DNA of 64,000 nucleotides from Campylobacter concisus (GTDB lineage Bacteria; Campylobacterota; Campylobacteria; Campylobacterales; Campylobacteraceae): NCBI GenBank assembly GCA_018371535.1, contig JAHAKU010000007.1, positions 19,796 to 83,795 of the forward strand, read 5' to 3'. Shown piece by piece: positions 63,628 to 64,000 of this stretch (position 1 is its first letter; each line of letters starts with the position of its first letter). The notes under the pieces were generated by a model. It saw only the letters and a program-made list of their open reading frames with translations, ran no database searches and was not told where the DNA came from. The position numbers and the translations under genes were made by a program.

Positions 63628-64000
63628 TTAGTCTTCTTTTGGAAATATTCCACGTTTTTTAAGCTCTTTTATAAGAGGCTTAGAGGCTTCTTTTGTTGTT
63701 TCTGTATCAGCATTTATGCCACCGGCTGCCGAAAATAGCCAGTATTTATGCGCATTTGCCCATTCAAATAACTTATCTATTTTTTCTTTGTTCGTATCGC
63801 TAGGTGCTACAGAAATTTTAGCAAGCTCTAGCTCCTGGTAGAAAACCGATATCATAAAAACATTTTGTATATATTTCATATACTTTCTTTTTGATATAAA
63901 GTCTTTGGCTTTATCTACTTTCTTGACTATTTTTAAAAGTTCATCAAAATGCTTTTGAGTTATCTTGTCTTGTTCTCTTAGCAAATTTAACTCATCTATT
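63628..64000 (-). CDS. hypothetical protein, 5' end beyond window edge
   Basis: ORF stays open to the end of the window in the same frame. Confidence 0.3.
   Translation of the reverse strand, partial: IDELNLLREQDKITQKHFDELLKIVKKVDKAKDFISKRKYMKYIQNVFMISVFYQELELAKISVAPSDTNKEKIDKLFEWANAHKYWLFSAAGGINADTETTKEASKPLIKELKKRGIFPKED

Overview
This 64-kb window looks like chromosomal sequence from a Campylobacter-like epsilonproteobacterium. The evidence is AT-rich DNA with frequent aaattt runs, the gene content, a sigma-28-type flagellin promoter and a legionaminic-acid-type flagellin glycosylation cluster. It is densely coding, with about 70 genes.

Housekeeping genes I can support are dsbA-like, ilvE, an SPFH/band-7 protein, hisIE, accB/accC, a nicotinate phosphoribosyltransferase-like gene, a menaquinone-biosynthesis (futalosine-pathway) MqnA/MqnD-family gene, fliQ, murB, recA, eno, an ftsB-like gene, a gntP-glycerate kinase pair, pldA, mobA, a SemiSWEET-like small transporter, a short-type leuC, a TonB-dependent receptor, a Cache-type methyl-accepting chemotaxis protein (MCP), an NFACT/RqcH-like protein, a selenocysteine-type tRNA (anticodon UCA), a BON lipoprotein, gltA, a cysQ-like gene, a cation/H+ antiporter, crcB, bioB, topA, flagellin, and a nine-gene nonulosonic-acid (legionaminic-like) sugar pathway.

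Features that stand out:
- A TtrA-like Tat-exported molybdopterin oxidoreductase whose 4Fe-4S partner gene carries two frameshifts. The locus is bracketed by ~620-bp inverted repeats made from an internal fragment of the glycerate kinase gene.
- A periplasmic-binding-protein gene of a Mo/W ABC importer interrupted by a single in-frame TAG.
- A non-canonical MlaA-MlaC-MMPL(RND) lipid-transport operon.
- A complete modE-like/modA/mop/modC/modB locus.
- A previously unremarked family of ~110-nt and ~48-nt intergenic repeats combined with a conserved terminator-like hairpin plus a GCATGC-bounded palindrome. These flank a crcB-bioB cassette and sit next to a cytoplasmic leucine-rich-repeat protein.

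I saw no CRISPR array, rRNA, transposase or integrase. All functional calls are from reading the translated ORFs for motifs and family resemblance by eye; no searches were run.
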